NCBI GenBank assembly: GCA_041694835.1
Contig: JBGFRZ010000052.1
Coordinates: 1 to 47,423 of the forward strand
Reading direction: 5' to 3'
Length of the DNA stretch: 47,423 nt
From: Ignavibacteria bacterium
Lineage (GTDB): Bacteria > Elusimicrobiota > Endomicrobiia > PHAN01
Shown: positions 46,884 through 47,423 of the stretch, piece after piece
How positions within the stretch are numbered: position 1 is the first letter of the stretch
Layout of the letters: each line of letters starts with the position of its first letter
Notes under the pieces: model-generated
Told to the model about the DNA's origin: nothing
What the model saw: only the letters and a program-made list of their open reading frames with translations
The model's database searches: none
Position numbers and translations under genes: made by a program

Positions 46884-46943
46884 AGAGATGAGAGGTGAGA
46901 GGTTTTTCCCTGACCTCTGTCCTCTGTTCTCTGTCCTCTGCTT
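46884..46943. repeat. Heptamer hairpin between rpsS and rplV
   Basis: gagatgagaggtgagaggtttttccctgacctctgtcctctgttctctgtcctctg. Sister of 17171-17216 and, reversed, of 8467-8523. Confidence 0.88.
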
Positions 46944-47231
46944 CTATGTCAACTCTGTCGCTTCTTTCGTATGAGCGGCGCCGTGGCCCTTAAAGAACCT
47001 TGTGGGTGCAAACTCGCCGAGTTTATGCCCCACCATCTGTTCGGTCACATAAACTTTGATGAATTTTTTTCCGTTGTGAACCTCAAAGGTATGCCCCACG
47101 AAGTTGGGCGTTATCGTGCAAGCGCGTGACCATGTTTTGAGCGGCCTCTTCTGCCCGTCCTGAATCATCTTTTCGACTTTTCTATTAAGTTTTTCGTCCA
47201 CATAAGGACCTTTCCATACTGAACGACTCAT
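46944..47231 (-). CDS. rpsS: 30S ribosomal protein S19
   Basis: [14 protein letters not shown] and GHKLGEF. Start at 47231 with a GGAG RBS. Confidence 0.97.
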   Translation of the reverse strand: MSRSVWKGPYVDEKLNRKVEKMIQDGQKRPLKTWSRACTITPNFVGHTFEVHNGKKFIKVYVTEQMVGHKLGEFAPTRFFKGHGAAHTKEATELT

Positions 47232-47354
47232 AATTATTCGCTCCTCTTCGCTTCGCTCACATAGAGAATAGAGCACAGAGATTAAAGATTAGTAGATGAA
47301 AATTTTGGTAATAGCCAAAGAAAACGGACTAAAATTATGCTAAAATAAGACATT

Positions 47355-47423
47355 GTGAAACGACAATGTCCCCAATGTTCTCACTGTTGGGCATGGAGGC
47401 TTAAAGACGGTAGATACAAGTGC
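47355..47423 (+). CDS. Probable IS1595-family transposase, N-terminal zinc ribbon (partial)
   Basis: A GTG start after an in-frame stop reads (M)KRQCPQCSHCWAWRLKDGRYKC up to the window edge. CPxC...GRYKC is a zinc-ribbon pattern. It lies opposite to the ribosomal genes, where rplB would be expected. Confidence 0.55.
   Translation, partial: MKRQCPQCSHCWAWRLKDGRYKC

Overview
A 47.4-kb bacterial chromosome segment. Gene content and order suggest Elusimicrobiota, which is an inference. The left ~20 kb, mostly on +, holds the rbfA 3' end, nrnA, a three-gene minor-pilin cluster led by an 827-aa pilin/lamin-tail/carboxypeptidase-repeat fusion, a sensor kinase, a LysM-FecR protein, two convergent response regulators (one GGDEF), HtrA, Moco genes (MOSC-MogA, moaA, moaC), ribF, an EF-G paralog and a GT4 glycosyltransferase. 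The right ~27 kb is one long - strand run: S10/spc/alpha ribosomal protein genes, then mreBCD-mrdA-rodA, a radical SAM fusion, RNase G, tatD, a TatD-associated radical SAM gene and a 3D-domain gene. The most striking signal is non-coding. About 17 gene junctions, and at least two coding regions, carry degenerate 7/8/9-nt tandem repeats arranged as inverted arms, often nested inside one another. Several have near-identical sister copies many kb apart. One copy is translated in frame inside a histidine kinase and another appears to supply a signal peptide. The ribosomal cluster also carries an HNH endonuclease plus DNA methyltransferase cassette between rplN and rplX, a hairpin-encoded insertion in IF-1 and a probable IS1595-like transposase upstream of rpsS, and it has no rpmD. 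I recognised no rRNA, tRNA or CRISPR array.
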